Assembly (NCBI GenBank): GCA_963721685.1
Contig: CAVRJJ010000005.1
Location: 231,943 to 295,942 of the forward strand
DNA length: 64,000 nucleotides
Direction: 5' to 3'
Source of the DNA: an uncultured bacterium
Lineage (GTDB): Bacteria > Patescibacteriota > Saccharimonadia > UBA4664 > SCTI01
Position numbers and translations under genes: made by a program. Positions 51,180 through 62,203 of the stretch are shown here, in pieces. Position 1 is the first letter of the stretch, and each line of letters opens with the position of its first letter. The notes under the pieces are model-generated. The model was not told the origin of the DNA and made no database searches. It worked only from the letters and a program-made list of their open reading frames with translations.

Positions 51180-51998
51180 GTGCAGCCTAAAACGGTGTTA
51201 ATTACCGGATCATCGAGCGGCATTGGTAAAGCCGTGGTGGAGGCGTTTGCCGCTGCCGGCTGGAATGTAGCGGCGACATCCAGAAAAGCCGATAAGCAGC
51301 TATTTGAAAAATGGCACAATGTTAAGGCTTATCCTCTAGATGTTACAAATAATAAAAGTATAGAAGACGCGTTTACCGCGGTTGGGAAGGACTTTAAAAC
51401 CGTTGATGTGGTGGTTAACAATGCCGGCTATGGTTTGGATGGGGTTTTTGAAGCGATGGATGATGAACAAATCCAGCGCCAGTTTGAAACGAACGTTTTT
51501 GGGCTGATGAGCGTTACACGCGAAGCGATCAAGATAATGCGTCCGGGTGGCAGCGGGACTATTATTCAAATCGCCTCGATGGGCGGTCGCTTAGCGTTCC
51601 CCCTTTACAGCGTCTACCATGCCAGTAAATGGGCGGTGGAAGGATTTTCGGAATCTCTGCAATACGAGGTCGGCCTCTTTGGTATTCGCGTGAAAATTAT
51701 TGAACCGGGCGTTATTAAAACCGACTTTTATGGACGCAGCCGTAGTTTAGTGACGCCGCCATCGAAGCTGGGGTATGACGGCTTTGTGGCGAAAGTAGAG
51801 AAAGTTTCCCAGGATTCCGGAGCCAAGGGCCAGCCATCGGAGTTGGTGGCCGCGACCATACTCAAGGCGGCAGAGGATACCAGCCGAAAATTACGTTACG
51901 TAGTAGGCGCGCCCGCGCCGCTTTTGCTGGGCTTGCGCAAGCTATTGCCTGAGCGGATTTTTTATTGGATCGTGCGCAAGAGCTACCGGATAGGGTAA
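51180..51998 (+). CDS. SDR-family oxidoreductase
   Basis: TGSSSGIG, NNAGYG, YHASK. Confidence 0.92.
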   Translation: MQPKTVLITGSSSGIGKAVVEAFAAAGWNVAATSRKADKQLFEKWHNVKAYPLDVTNNKSIEDAFTAVGKDFKTVDVVVNNAGYGLDGVFEAMDDEQIQRQFETNVFGLMSVTREAIKIMRPGGSGTIIQIASMGGRLAFPLYSVYHASKWAVEGFSESLQYEVGLFGIRVKIIEPGVIKTDFYGRSRSLVTPPSKLGYDGFVAKVEKVSQDSGAKGQPSELVAATILKAAEDTSRKLRYVVGAPAPLLLGLRKLLPERIFYWIVRKSYRIG

Positions 51999-52041
51999 AG
52001 GCAGCCAGCAATAAAGGAACTCCTTTTGCTATACTGGGCGC

Positions 52042-52767
52042 ATGACTTCGGCAATCCAAATCTCTAAATTGTCGGTTACCCTTGGGAAAAACTTTCAAGC
52101 GCTAAGGGGTATAACCGTTGAGCTGCCCAAAGGTAAAATTATTGGATTCATAGGACCCTCGGGCGCGGGAAAGACAACGCTCATGCGCTGTATTGTCGGC
52201 CGCCAGCGCGTTGGCAGCGGGAGCGTCACAATTTTTGGCATACCCGCTGGTTCGCCTCAATTGCGGCCGCAAATCAGCTATATGACCCAGGAAGTGTCGG
52301 TCTACAGCGACCTGACGGTTAAAGAAAATATCGTCTATTTCGCGACAATCTTTGGAATTTCAAGCAAAGACGTCGAGTCGCAGGTCAATCGCATACTTGA
52401 GACGGTCGACATGAAGCCGCAGGCAAACCAGCTGGTGGAAAAACTGTCCGGCGGGCAGAAGCAGCGGGTATCGCTGGCTATCGCGTTAATCGGCTCGCCT
52501 AAATTAATGGTGTTAGACGAACCAACGGTCGGGTTGGACCCGGTGCTCCGGGAACAGCTGTGGGACCTGTTTCGAACTCTGGCCGGCAAGGGGACTACGC
52601 TCATTATTTCCAGCCACGTTATGGACGAGGCCGAGCGCTGCGACGATTTACTATTGATCCGTGACGGCGAGCTTTTGGCGCATGGGTCACCTTCCGAGCT
52701 ATGCCGGCAAACCAACACGAAATCGGTAGAACAAAGCTTTCTGGCCTTAGTAGGGGAGAAGTTGTGA
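52042..52767 (+). CDS. ABC transporter ATP-binding protein
   Basis: GPSGAGKT, LSGGQ, LDEPTVGLD. Confidence 0.92.
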   Translation: MTSAIQISKLSVTLGKNFQALRGITVELPKGKIIGFIGPSGAGKTTLMRCIVGRQRVGSGSVTIFGIPAGSPQLRPQISYMTQEVSVYSDLTVKENIVYFATIFGISSKDVESQVNRILETVDMKPQANQLVEKLSGGQKQRVSLAIALIGSPKLMVLDEPTVGLDPVLREQLWDLFRTLAGKGTTLIISSHVMDEAERCDDLLLIRDGELLAHGSPSELCRQTNTKSVEQSFLALVGEKL

Positions 52768-53498
52768 GTCCGCGTAAAACTTTTGCCACAGCGCGCCGGG
52801 TTTTAGCCCAGTTAAAACATGACCACAGGACAGTCGCGATGGTGCTGCTGATACCGGCACTCCTGATTACCTTGCTGAAATACGTCTTTCATAATGAGCC
52901 GCAGATCTTTAGCGGACTAGCTCCGATCATTTTGGGTGTGTTCCCTTTGATGATGATGTTCTTAATTACTTCCATCGCTACCTTACGTGAGCGTAAATCA
53001 GGTACGTTGGACCGCTTAATGACCCAGCCAATGTCAAAACTCGACTTTATCTTTGGGTACGCCATTGCCTTTTCACTGGTTGGGCTGGTTCAGGCTAGTA
53101 TTGCTAGCTTTGTAACGTTGGAATTACTTGGCGTGGAAGTGGCGGGAGGGGCAATCCCACTTTTAATCACCGCGATATTGGCAGCCTTCCTGGGAACCAC
53201 ACTTGGATTATTTGTAAGCGCGTTTGCGCGCAATGAGTTTCAGGCGGTTCAGCTGGTTATGCCTATCATGATGCCCCAAGTTTTGTTGTGCGGACTCTTC
53301 ACCCCGCGGGATCAAATGGCCGGACTTTTGCACTGGCTTTCCGGCGTTTTCCCGCTTACCTACAGCGTTGACGCGATGCGCCAGGTGGCTCTTCATCCTG
53401 AATGGACCGCAACACTTACCCGTGATCTTCTGATTGTGCTTGGTTTTGGGGTGGCAGCCTTGGTGCTTGGCGCAATCACTATCCGCCGACAAGAGTAG
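52764..53498 (+). CDS. ABC-2 type permease
   Basis: LRERKSGTLDRL, EFQAVQ, PLTY; GTG overlapping the previous stop. Confidence 0.9.
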   Translation: MSPRKTFATARRVLAQLKHDHRTVAMVLLIPALLITLLKYVFHNEPQIFSGLAPIILGVFPLMMMFLITSIATLRERKSGTLDRLMTQPMSKLDFIFGYAIAFSLVGLVQASIASFVTLELLGVEVAGGAIPLLITAILAAFLGTTLGLFVSAFARNEFQAVQLVMPIMMPQVLLCGLFTPRDQMAGLLHWLSGVFPLTYSVDAMRQVALHPEWTATLTRDLLIVLGFGVAALVLGAITIRRQE

Positions 53499-53500
53499 GC

Positions 53501-54916
53501 ATGTCCAAACGCATCTACGTTATTATTAATCCCTCCTCTGGTACCGGCGATCCGGCCAATGTAGTGCCTGGGATTGAAGCCCAATTAAAGCAGCGGTCAC
53601 TTGAATACACGATAAAAATTGCCCAGACTCCCAGCCAAGCCAAAGCGGCCGCGAGTAAAGTGGCTTTAGCAAAATATGACGCGATAGCGGTTTACGGCGG
53701 CGATGGTACGGTTATCGCGATTTTTAAAGCTGTTTACCAAGCAAAGATCCCCGTGCTTATTTTACCGGGCGGATCGGCTAATGTTTTGGCAAAAGCCCTG
53801 AATCTTCCGCCTGATGTCGGCAAGTGTCTTGATCTTTTTGTGGAGGACTTGTATCTTCTGCGGCGGTTTGGGGTGGCCTTAGCAAACGATGAGCCTTTTA
53901 TCCTTGACCTGCATTTTGGGGTGTGGGCCGAAAGTATCCAATCGACCAGCTCCCGCTTAAAGCAGGCGTTTGGCCAGCTAGCTTACGGCTTGGCCGCTAT
54001 AAAGCAGTTAGGGTCGGCGGCTAAGTATGCCTACCAACTACAATTAGATGGTAAAAAGCTGAAGGTCGACGCTTACGCCTGTATAGTCGCCAACGAAGGA
54101 TTCCATAATATTTTAGGAGTACCGCTTTTCCCGTACCCCCATACGCCGGGGTTCTTGCAGGTGGCGGCGGTTAAGCGCGTCAACCAATTTGTATTTTTAC
54201 GCTGGTTCATTTTGCGTTGCCTGGGCCGTCAAGACTCTGGGGTGGTTGAGGCGTGGCGGGTTAAAGAAGCGGTAATTGAGGACGCGCCACAACAAATGTT
54301 GTTTGATGATGAGGCGCTAAACGCCAAACTGCCGTTTACTATCCAAGCCTCGAATTACACCATAGCCGCCATCGCGGCGCCGTTAACTGCCAGCTCATTT
54401 TGGCGCCGATTGCGGCTGCAGGCAGCGGTTGAGCCTTACCGCATTTATGACCACTTGCGCCGCGTAGTTACGGGAGGGCCCGCGCTTAAAAGCACACAGA
54501 TCGCCCTCAATTTATATGTTGGTGGCCAATACCGCCCGTGGGCGGTAGGCAGGCTGCGCAAGTGGGGGATTACCGGGGTGGTAAATATGCGCAATCTGCG
54601 CCACCCTTCCTATTCCCGGGGCCTTGAAGTATTAAATTTACCAACCCGGGACCATCATCCCCCTAGCCTTGAGGCACTGCACAAAGGAGTGGTATTTATT
54701 CAGCAACACATCCAAAATGGTGGAGCGGTGTATGTGCACTGCCAGCTTGGCGAAGGCCGGGGGCCCATTATGGCAGCGGCGTATCTGGTAAGCCAGGGTA
54801 TGCGTCCGCGCGACGCGGTGGCGCACATTGAACGTTTCCGCCGATTGGTACGCCCAAATGCTAAGCAACTGCATCAGTTGGCCCGGTTTGAGGAAGAGTT
54901 AAAGGAAATGCCATGA
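53501..54916 (+). CDS. DAG-kinase-like domain fused to a dual-specificity phosphatase
   Basis: IINPSSG, GGDGT, PGGSAN at the N-terminus; VHCQLGEGR (CX5R) at the C-terminus. Confidence 0.82.
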   Translation: MSKRIYVIINPSSGTGDPANVVPGIEAQLKQRSLEYTIKIAQTPSQAKAAASKVALAKYDAIAVYGGDGTVIAIFKAVYQAKIPVLILPGGSANVLAKALNLPPDVGKCLDLFVEDLYLLRRFGVALANDEPFILDLHFGVWAESIQSTSSRLKQAFGQLAYGLAAIKQLGSAAKYAYQLQLDGKKLKVDAYACIVANEGFHNILGVPLFPYPHTPGFLQVAAVKRVNQFVFLRWFILRCLGRQDSGVVEAWRVKEAVIEDAPQQMLFDDEALNAKLPFTIQASNYTIAAIAAPLTASSFWRRLRLQAAVEPYRIYDHLRRVVTGGPALKSTQIALNLYVGGQYRPWAVGRLRKWGITGVVNMRNLRHPSYSRGLEVLNLPTRDHHPPSLEALHKGVVFIQQHIQNGGAVYVHCQLGEGRGPIMAAAYLVSQGMRPRDAVAHIERFRRLVRPNAKQLHQLARFEEELKEMP

Positions 54917-55653
54917 CCTTTTCGGTGCTTCAATGGAATATTTGGTACAAAGAAGATATCCGAAATATTGGGAAATTTCTTGAGTCTCACAAAGCTGACA
55001 TTATTTGTTTGCAGGAACTCTCGCTCAATCATCCGTTACAGACTATTAAAGATACCCCAGCATATATCGCGGAGCAACTTGGCTACAACTATTATCATAA
55101 AGAGTTGCCGATCGAATCCACAGAAGGGGAGCCGATCACGCTTGCCAATGGCATATTCAGCCGCTTTCCAATTACCTCCAAGCGATTCACCTGGATTAAT
55201 CAGCCGGAACAAAGTGGCGGACCAGAGGATGAGTACCGCGCTTATGTTGAGGTATTGATTGATGTGGAGGGTAAGGAAGCGCGGGCAGGAACTACGCACA
55301 TGTCGTATACCCATCGGTTTGAAAGTACGGCCAACAAGCAGCGGGAAACCGATGTGCTTGTTGCCGAGCTAAAAAAGTCCGCCACGCCGCTTATTTTTAC
55401 CGGAGACCTGAACGCGCTGCCAGGTTCATACACAATCGAGTCGGTTGAAAGCATATTGAAGCATGCCGGGCCGAGCATGGATCAAAAGTCTTGGGCGACC
55501 AAGCCGTTTTCTTATAATGGCTTCGAAGAAGACAAATTAAATTGGCGATTGGATTACGTGTTTGCGTCCAAAGATCTAAAAATTGAGTCATCAAAAATTC
55601 TACAGACTGAATATTCGGATCACCTGCCGATACTAACAAAAGTATCTCTCTGA
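54913..55653 (+). CDS. Endonuclease/exonuclease/phosphatase family protein
   Basis: QWNI, CLQE, GDLN, LDYVF, SDHLP. Confidence 0.9.
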   Translation: MTFSVLQWNIWYKEDIRNIGKFLESHKADIICLQELSLNHPLQTIKDTPAYIAEQLGYNYYHKELPIESTEGEPITLANGIFSRFPITSKRFTWINQPEQSGGPEDEYRAYVEVLIDVEGKEARAGTTHMSYTHRFESTANKQRETDVLVAELKKSATPLIFTGDLNALPGSYTIESVESILKHAGPSMDQKSWATKPFSYNGFEEDKLNWRLDYVFASKDLKIESSKILQTEYSDHLPILTKVSL

Positions 55654-55745
55654 CAGCATAACTAAATTGCAATTATTTTAAAAAAGGTGTTTACTACGAA
55701 ATACGTCAATTCCAGTAGTGCTATGCAGCGCGAAAGGAGAATGTC

Positions 55746-55865
55746 GTGAACACGTTCATTGGGTTGAGCATCACTGGTGGGGCGCTTGCCATATGCGCTC
55801 TGATCGTGTGGTGTTTGCGATCCAAACGACACTCGGATGACGGTGAAGCTGAAATCTCGCTCTAG
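55746..55865 (+). CDS. 39-aa single-TM microprotein
   Basis: Not in the track; AAAGGAG SD; MNTFIGLSITGGALAICALIVWCLRSKRHSDDGEAEISL. Confidence 0.5.
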   Translation: MNTFIGLSITGGALAICALIVWCLRSKRHSDDGEAEISL

Positions 55866-55907
55866 AAGCGAGGAGGAGTGGTTAGATCGATCTTCGAAAG
55901 GATAGTG

Positions 55908-56027
55908 ATGCACTCACTCGATATTGCCATTGTGTTCCTCGCCGCTCCCGCGACAGCCCTCGCCATCATCGCGGTGATGTGGGTGATCAAGGTGCTTTTC
56001 GATGATCAACCGGTGAGCACACCGTAG
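55908..56027 (+). CDS. 39-aa single-TM microprotein
   Basis: Not in the track; AAAGGA SD; MHSLDIAIVFLAAPATALAIIAVMWVIKVLFDDQPVSTP. Confidence 0.5.
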   Translation: MHSLDIAIVFLAAPATALAIIAVMWVIKVLFDDQPVSTP

Positions 56028-56091
56028 GAATCGAGCGACATGCTGGAGAACACAGGCTGATGTTGGATCCGAACCTAGAGAGGTGAGCAGC

Positions 56092-56283
56092 GTGGCAGCG
56101 CAGAACAACAAGCACAAGGCTCGCACGAACGGCAGATGGCAGTTCAAGGACGGGAGCCACAAGAAAAACCAGGGGGCGGTTAAGAAGGCTGCTCGACAGA
56201 AGGCCGCAACCAACAAGCAGATGGCTAAGAAGCGGGCCAAGCAGAATTCGGGTGAGCGCTACCCGCCGCCGTACTTCTTCTAG
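56092..56283 (+). CDS. 63-aa highly basic protein
   Basis: GAGGTGA SD; Lys/Arg-rich with AAG codons; hairpin GGCTCGGCGGAC...GTCTGCCGAGCC follows. Confidence 0.6.
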   Translation: MAAQNNKHKARTNGRWQFKDGSHKKNQGAVKKAARQKAATNKQMAKKRAKQNSGERYPPPYFF

Positions 56284-56367
56284 GCCGCGCGGGCGGCACC
56301 ATATTACGGGCTCGGCGGACACGGATGTCTGCCGAGCCTGGTTCGTCTTTTGCTATACTAAGCACGC

Positions 56368-57579
56368 ATGTTAGGCCACCGTACATTTTCTTCGCTACGT
56401 AACCCAATCTACCGATTCTACTTCGCCAGCCAAATTGTTTCCCTGGCTGGTACCTGGGCACAAGTAATTGCCTTGTCCTGGTTGGTGCTGCAAATGACCG
56501 GTTCCGGAACGGCCTTGGGCTTGATTCACGCGGTCCATTTTTTGCCCTTATTATTGTTTGGACCGTGGGGCGGTCTGATTGCTGACCGCCAAATGAAGCA
56601 TCGGTTATTGCTGGTAACCCAGTCGGTATCGGCAATATTGTCGTTATTGCTAGGTATCCTCGTGATGACTGGCCTGGCTGAACTTTGGATGGTGTTTGCC
56701 ATCACCCTGGGACTCGGCATGGTCCGGGTGTTCGACCATCCCGCCCGGGTAACCTTAATTTATGAGATTGCCGGGCGGAAGCATTTGCAAAACGCTATGG
56801 CCTGGAACTCCACCGCCATTAGTCTTACCCGTATGATAGGCCCGGCGATTGCCGGTCTGTTGATCGCTACTGTGGGCATTGGGATGTGCTTTGTTATTAA
56901 CGCCCTTTCTTACTTGCCCATGTTCGCGGCATTAACCCGGATTAAGCCTGAAAATTTGGAAGCCGCGCCGTTGCTTGAGCGGGCAAAAGGACAATTGCGG
57001 GATGGGTTTCGTTACGTGTGGGCAACGCCGGTCTTACGGAATAGTTTAATTATGGTGGCGTTGATTGGGACGCTTACCTATGAATGGCCGGTGGTCCTGC
57101 CCTTGCTAGCCCGATTTAGCTTTGATGGCAACGCGGCAGACTACGCGGCCCTCATGACCGCCATGGGTATTGGGGCCAGTATTGGGGGTGTTTATAGTTC
57201 ACGTCACCAAAAGGTTGCACCATGGATGATTAGTTTATCGGCGCTGATGATAGGCCTGGCAGTAATGCTGGTAGCTTTGGCACCCACACTTACCATTGCC
57301 TTGCTTGCCATGGGCTTGGTCGGGTTTGTCGCTATTAACTTTGACACATTAAGTAATACGCTGGTGCAGCTTCATAGCTCACCGGAAATGCGTGGCCGGG
57401 TAGCCTCTTTATGGGGAATGGCCTTTTTAGGTTCCTCGCCGATTGGGGGTCCGATACTAGGGTGGGTTTGCCAAATAGGTGGTCCCCGGACCGGTTTAAT
57501 CGTGGGGGCATTAGCCGCCTTTGCCGCCGCCGCGTTTGGTTATGTGACGACACGGCGCGCGGGCGCTATACTTAAGTAA
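56368..57579 (+). CDS. MFS transporter
   Basis: GGLIADR motif A, about 12 TM, EMRGRV. Confidence 0.9.
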   Translation: MLGHRTFSSLRNPIYRFYFASQIVSLAGTWAQVIALSWLVLQMTGSGTALGLIHAVHFLPLLLFGPWGGLIADRQMKHRLLLVTQSVSAILSLLLGILVMTGLAELWMVFAITLGLGMVRVFDHPARVTLIYEIAGRKHLQNAMAWNSTAISLTRMIGPAIAGLLIATVGIGMCFVINALSYLPMFAALTRIKPENLEAAPLLERAKGQLRDGFRYVWATPVLRNSLIMVALIGTLTYEWPVVLPLLARFSFDGNAADYAALMTAMGIGASIGGVYSSRHQKVAPWMISLSALMIGLAVMLVALAPTLTIALLAMGLVGFVAINFDTLSNTLVQLHSSPEMRGRVASLWGMAFLGSSPIGGPILGWVCQIGGPRTGLIVGALAAFAAAAFGYVTTRRAGAILK

Positions 57580-58153
57580 TGATTAATCTCGCGGTTCTCG
57601 CTTCGGGAACCGGCACTATTTTGGAGGCAATGCTTGCAAGGACGTCTCGGTAGGCTTAGTGCTGGCCGACCGTCCGTGCCGGGCGTTAGAGGTTGCCGAA
57701 CAGGCTGGCGTGAAAGCGGTCATGGTCGACCGCAAGGCGTTTGGCTATCAAGGTCCAGGCTCTACCTGGGACCGGGCCGGATTTACCAAAGCCGTGATCG
57801 CGGCGCTGCAAGAACACAACATTAGCCTGGTCGCCATGGCCGGGTTTATGACGATTCTGGACGCGAACATGTTTGAAACCTATCCAAACCAAATACTCAA
57901 CACCCATCCTTCGCTGCTCCCCCAATTTAAAGGCGACAACGCCGTGCAGGACGCGCTGGACGCCGGGGCTACCGCTACTGGCTGCACCATTCACTACGCC
58001 ACCGCCGATCTTGATGGGGGCCCTATCCTAGAGCAGCGCGAGGTTAAGGTAATCCCCGGAGACACCAAAGAAGAGTTGCATGAACGGATTAAGGCAGTCG
58101 AGCGGGAACTCTACCCCCAAGTAATCAAAAGATTGATGGCCAAAGATGCGTAA
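57579..58153 (+). CDS. purN: Phosphoribosylglycinamide formyltransferase, frameshift near 57640
   Basis: MINLAVLASGTG from 57579 in another frame; AGFM, LNTHPSLLP, GCTIH, LDGGPI. Confidence 0.9.
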
Positions 58154-58193
58154 AATAGCTTTACACAATTCATATTTATGGTATAATTAAGGT

Positions 58194-59588
58194 ATGCAAG
58201 GCGACTATTCATCTTATAACTCACCGTTAGGATACCGCTACGCTTCGCCGGAAATGCGGACACTTTTTAGCGAAGCGTCCAAATATAAGCTGTGGCGCCG
58301 GATATGGGTGGCTCTCGCGAAAGTTGAACATGAAGCCGGACTTATTAGCAACGAAGAGCTTGCCGACCTAGAAGCCAACCAAGACAATATTGATATTGCC
58401 CGCATCCTGGAAATTGAGCAGGATACCAAGCATGATGTGGTGGCGGCCATCCGCGAGTTTGCCGAGAAAGCCACAATTGGCGGCGGCAAGGTCCATTTAG
58501 GTGCAACCAGCATGGACATTAATGACAACGCCGATGCCATGCGGGTCAAGCAAGCAATTGAACTTATTGAGGAGCGTCTCAGGACTCTTTTGAAAGTTGT
58601 TTCCGTCCAAGCCGCTAAGTACGCCGATACTCCTTGCTTAGGCTACACCCATTTGCAGCCGGCTGAGCCAACCACCATTGGGTATAGGCTTGCCTTCTAC
58701 GGTGACGATCTCTTAAGCGATCTCCAGCGCATCCAAGGGCTCCATTACCGCTTTGTTGGCAAAGGCATGAAAGGCGCTATTGGCACCCGAGCCAGCTATA
58801 CCGCCATCCTCGAAGGCACGAACATGACCGCCGCCCAGCTGGATGAAAAAGTTATGGCAGACTTGCACCTTAAGCCGGCCTTAATTGCTACCCAGGTATT
58901 ATCACGCAAGCAAGACTACGATATCCTTTCTGCCCTGGCCGGTATTGGCGGGAGTTTAGCTAAACTGGGGGCCGATCTTAGGCTTTTACAATCCCCCGGC
59001 TTTGGCGAGTGGTCGGAACCGTTTTCGGAAAACCAAGTTGGTTCTTCAGCTATGCCATTTAAAAAAAATCCCATAACTGCCGAGAAAATTTGCTCGCTAG
59101 CCCGCCAGTTGGCCCAACTCCCTGGCGTAGCACTTAACAATGCTGCCCATTCCTACTTAGAGCGTACCTTGGATGATTCCGCTAACCGACGGATGACAAC
59201 CCCTGAAGCTTTTCTCCTGGCTGATGAGATTATACTGTCTGCCACCAAGCTGGTTGAAGGGCTGGTGGTCAACGAAAAGCGCGTAGCCGAAAACCTAACC
59301 CAGTTCGGCCCGTTCGCGGCGACTGAAGTCTTAATAATTGAAGCGGTCAAGCATGGCGCTGACCGCCAGGCTATGCACGAACTGCTGCGGACTATTGCTT
59401 TGGAGGCTTGGTCGCAACCCCAGCCTGGCACGGCGATGGTTGAGTTGCTAAAACGCAATTCCGAGTTAGAGAGGTACGTAAAATCCGACCGCTTAAATGA
59501 ACTTCTGGACGTGCGGGCCCATTTGGGTGACGCTCCCGAGCGGGCAAAGCAGTTATCTGTCCTAATTGATAAGGAGCTGGCCGCTTGA
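58194..59588 (+). CDS. purB: Adenylosuccinate lyase
   Basis: KHDV, HLGATS, THLQPA, GSSAMPFKKNP. Confidence 0.93.
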   Translation: MQGDYSSYNSPLGYRYASPEMRTLFSEASKYKLWRRIWVALAKVEHEAGLISNEELADLEANQDNIDIARILEIEQDTKHDVVAAIREFAEKATIGGGKVHLGATSMDINDNADAMRVKQAIELIEERLRTLLKVVSVQAAKYADTPCLGYTHLQPAEPTTIGYRLAFYGDDLLSDLQRIQGLHYRFVGKGMKGAIGTRASYTAILEGTNMTAAQLDEKVMADLHLKPALIATQVLSRKQDYDILSALAGIGGSLAKLGADLRLLQSPGFGEWSEPFSENQVGSSAMPFKKNPITAEKICSLARQLAQLPGVALNNAAHSYLERTLDDSANRRMTTPEAFLLADEIILSATKLVEGLVVNEKRVAENLTQFGPFAATEVLIIEAVKHGADRQAMHELLRTIALEAWSQPQPGTAMVELLKRNSELERYVKSDRLNELLDVRAHLGDAPERAKQLSVLIDKELAA

Positions 59589-60712
59589 ATCACCGCTTAG
59601 GGATAGTTGGCGGGGGCCAACTGGGACGCATGATGGCGATGGACGCGAAAAAACTGGGGATTGCCATAACGGTGCTTGACCCAACTCCCAATAGCCCAGC
59701 GGGACAGGTGGCTGACCATGAAATTACGGCGGCGTACGACGACGAAACCGCGGTCCGGCAATTATCTGAATCGGTAGATTTCATTACCTATGATATTGAA
59801 TCCGCCGGCAAGGGAGTCTTGTCTGAATTGGCGGCCGAAGGGAAGCCCGTGAACCCGGCGCCTTCAACCCTTGAAATTCTGCGTGACAAGCTAGGGCAAC
59901 ACTGCTTTTTACAGGAAGCGGGTATTCCGGTTGCGGCCTTTGCCGAAATTAGTACTGTGGATGACGTGTCTAAGGCGGCTGAGGCTTTTGGCTATCCGGT
60001 GGTCCTGAAAGCCCGGTTTGACGCTTACGATGGGCGGGGGAACGCGGTTATTAAGACGGCTGAAGATATTACTGAAGCTATGCAAAAACTTTCAGGCCGC
60101 GAGCTCTACGCTGAACAATGGGTGCCGTTTACCAAAGAACTGGCGGTGGTTACGGCCCGCGGCATGGATGGCTCAACCGCGGTGTATCCGGTGGTTGAAA
60201 CCATCCACCAAAATAATATTTGCCACATGGTGTACGCCCCGGCCCGGGTTAACGCCGACGTGCAGAAAAAGGCTCATGAGTTGGCCAAACGGGTTATCAC
60301 TCGGTTGGAGGGCGCGGGCGTCTTTGCCATTGAAATGTTTGTAACGGAAAAAGGGGAGGTGTTAGTTAACGAGATTGCCCCCCGGGTCCATAACAGCGGC
60401 CATCTTACTATTGAAGCGGCGGTAACCTCACAGTTTGAGCAGCATGTCCGGGCTGTTACCGGGATGCCGCTTGGCGATACAGCCCTAAAAGTCCCGGCAG
60501 CGGTTATGATTAATATACTTGGCGAGCGTTCCGGTCCGGCAGAAGCTCAAGGCGTTAAACAGGCCAAGGCCATATCGGGCGTCAGTGTCCACATTTACGG
60601 CAAAGCTGAAACCCTTCCCATGCGGAAAATGGGACATATCACGGCTATTGCTGATACCCTAGAAGAAGCGGAGCGTAAAGCACTTGAAGCAAGAAAGGCA
60701 ATTACGATATGA
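59585..60712 (+). CDS. purK: N5-CAIR synthetase
   Basis: [31 protein letters not shown]. Confidence 0.95.
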   Translation: MNHRLGIVGGGQLGRMMAMDAKKLGIAITVLDPTPNSPAGQVADHEITAAYDDETAVRQLSESVDFITYDIESAGKGVLSELAAEGKPVNPAPSTLEILRDKLGQHCFLQEAGIPVAAFAEISTVDDVSKAAEAFGYPVVLKARFDAYDGRGNAVIKTAEDITEAMQKLSGRELYAEQWVPFTKELAVVTARGMDGSTAVYPVVETIHQNNICHMVYAPARVNADVQKKAHELAKRVITRLEGAGVFAIEMFVTEKGEVLVNEIAPRVHNSGHLTIEAAVTSQFEQHVRAVTGMPLGDTALKVPAAVMINILGERSGPAEAQGVKQAKAISGVSVHIYGKAETLPMRKMGHITAIADTLEEAERKALEARKAITI

Positions 60713-61233
60713 GTGAACCAGTTGTTGGCATTATTATGGGGTCGGATTCGGATTTGGCAGTTATGCAGGAGGCGGCCAATGCCTTAAAAAAGTTCGGTAT
60801 TGCCAGTGAGGTAACGGTGGTATCAGCCCATCGTACCCCAGAGCGCATGTGGGACTACGCCAACCAGGCGCGCGCGCGGGGCATTAAGGTCATTGTTGCC
60901 GGGGCTGGCGGAGCTGCCCATTTGCCCGGGATGGTGGCCTCGATGACGGAGCTGCCGGTTATTGGCGTGCCTATCCAAACCAGCACGATGAAGGGCATTG
61001 ATTCCCTCCTCTCCATCGCCCAAATGCCCGCTGGCATCCCGGTAGCGACGGTAGCGGTGAACGGCGCCAAGAACGCCGGCTTATTGGCGGCGCGCATGCT
61101 GGGGTTGGGCGATCCGACCTTGCTTGACGCGATGAAACAGTACCAACAAGGGATGGAGGACGAGGTGAAAGCTAAAGCCGAAAAGCTTGAAACCGTTGGC
61201 TATGAGGACTATTTAGCGGAGAAAGGCGAGTAG
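60709..61233 (+). CDS. purE: N5-CAIR mutase
   Basis: [31 protein letters not shown]. Confidence 0.96.
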   Translation: MSEPVVGIIMGSDSDLAVMQEAANALKKFGIASEVTVVSAHRTPERMWDYANQARARGIKVIVAGAGGAAHLPGMVASMTELPVIGVPIQTSTMKGIDSLLSIAQMPAGIPVATVAVNGAKNAGLLAARMLGLGDPTLLDAMKQYQQGMEDEVKAKAEKLETVGYEDYLAEKGE

Positions 61234-61234
61234 C

Positions 61235-62203
61235 TTGATAGACGCATCCACGATTCTGGCAAATAAAAACAATGCCTTGCTCGACACCGATCTGGCGTTT
61301 TTAGGAGAGCGACATCAAGGCAAAGTGCGGGATTTTTATTCCTATAACGGCCAGCGGGTTACCATTACCACCGACCGCCTTTCAGCCTTCGATCAAGTGC
61401 TGGGTGTAGTACCCTTTAAAGGAAGCGTTCTCAATGAACTGGCCGCGTGGTGGTTCCACCATACCCGACACATTATCCCCAACCATATGATTTCGACACC
61501 CGATCCCAACGTTTTAATTTCCGATGATTGCCAAGCGGTACCGGTAGAGATCATTGTGCGCGGGTATATGAGCGGCTCAACCAAAACTTCCATATGGAGT
61601 TCCTATAGCCAAGGCGAGCGATTAATCTATGGCATTGAGTTCCCTGAAGGGATGGTGAAAAACCAAAAGCTCGTAGTGCCGGTCATTACGCCAACCACCC
61701 ACGCCGCGGCGGGTAGCCACGACGAACGGCTTACCCGGCAACAAATTTTAGAGCAGCACATTGTGCCCAAGGCGGTTTATGAGGAGATGGAACGGGTGAG
61801 TATTGAACTTTTTAAGGCAGGTCAGGAAGAAGCCTTAAAACGAGGATTAATTCTGGTTGATACCAAGTACGAGTTTGGTGTTTTGGACGGCAAGTTGATG
61901 CTAATTGACGAAATCCACACACCAGATTCCTCCCGGTTTTGGAAGGCCGACAGTTATGACGAACGTCTTAACGCTGGAGAAGAACCGGAAAACTTTGATA
62001 AGGAGTTCTTGCGGCTATGGTACGCGGACAAAGGCTACACCGGTGAAGGCGTTCCGCCGCGGATGGATGACGAATTAACTGTGCAAGTTGCCCAGCGCTA
62101 CATTACGTTATACGAGATGCTGACCGGCCAAACCTTTGAAGTCTATGACTATCCCATTAATGGCCGGATTGAAGCCGCCATAAAAAAGGAGCTGGGTCTA
62201 TGA
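61235..62203 (+). CDS. purC: SAICAR synthetase
   Basis: GKVRD, TDRLSAFD, DTKYEFG, DEIHTPDSSRFW. Confidence 0.95.
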   Translation: MIDASTILANKNNALLDTDLAFLGERHQGKVRDFYSYNGQRVTITTDRLSAFDQVLGVVPFKGSVLNELAAWWFHHTRHIIPNHMISTPDPNVLISDDCQAVPVEIIVRGYMSGSTKTSIWSSYSQGERLIYGIEFPEGMVKNQKLVVPVITPTTHAAAGSHDERLTRQQILEQHIVPKAVYEEMERVSIELFKAGQEEALKRGLILVDTKYEFGVLDGKLMLIDEIHTPDSSRFWKADSYDERLNAGEEPENFDKEFLRLWYADKGYTGEGVPPRMDDELTVQVAQRYITLYEMLTGQTFEVYDYPINGRIEAAIKKELGL

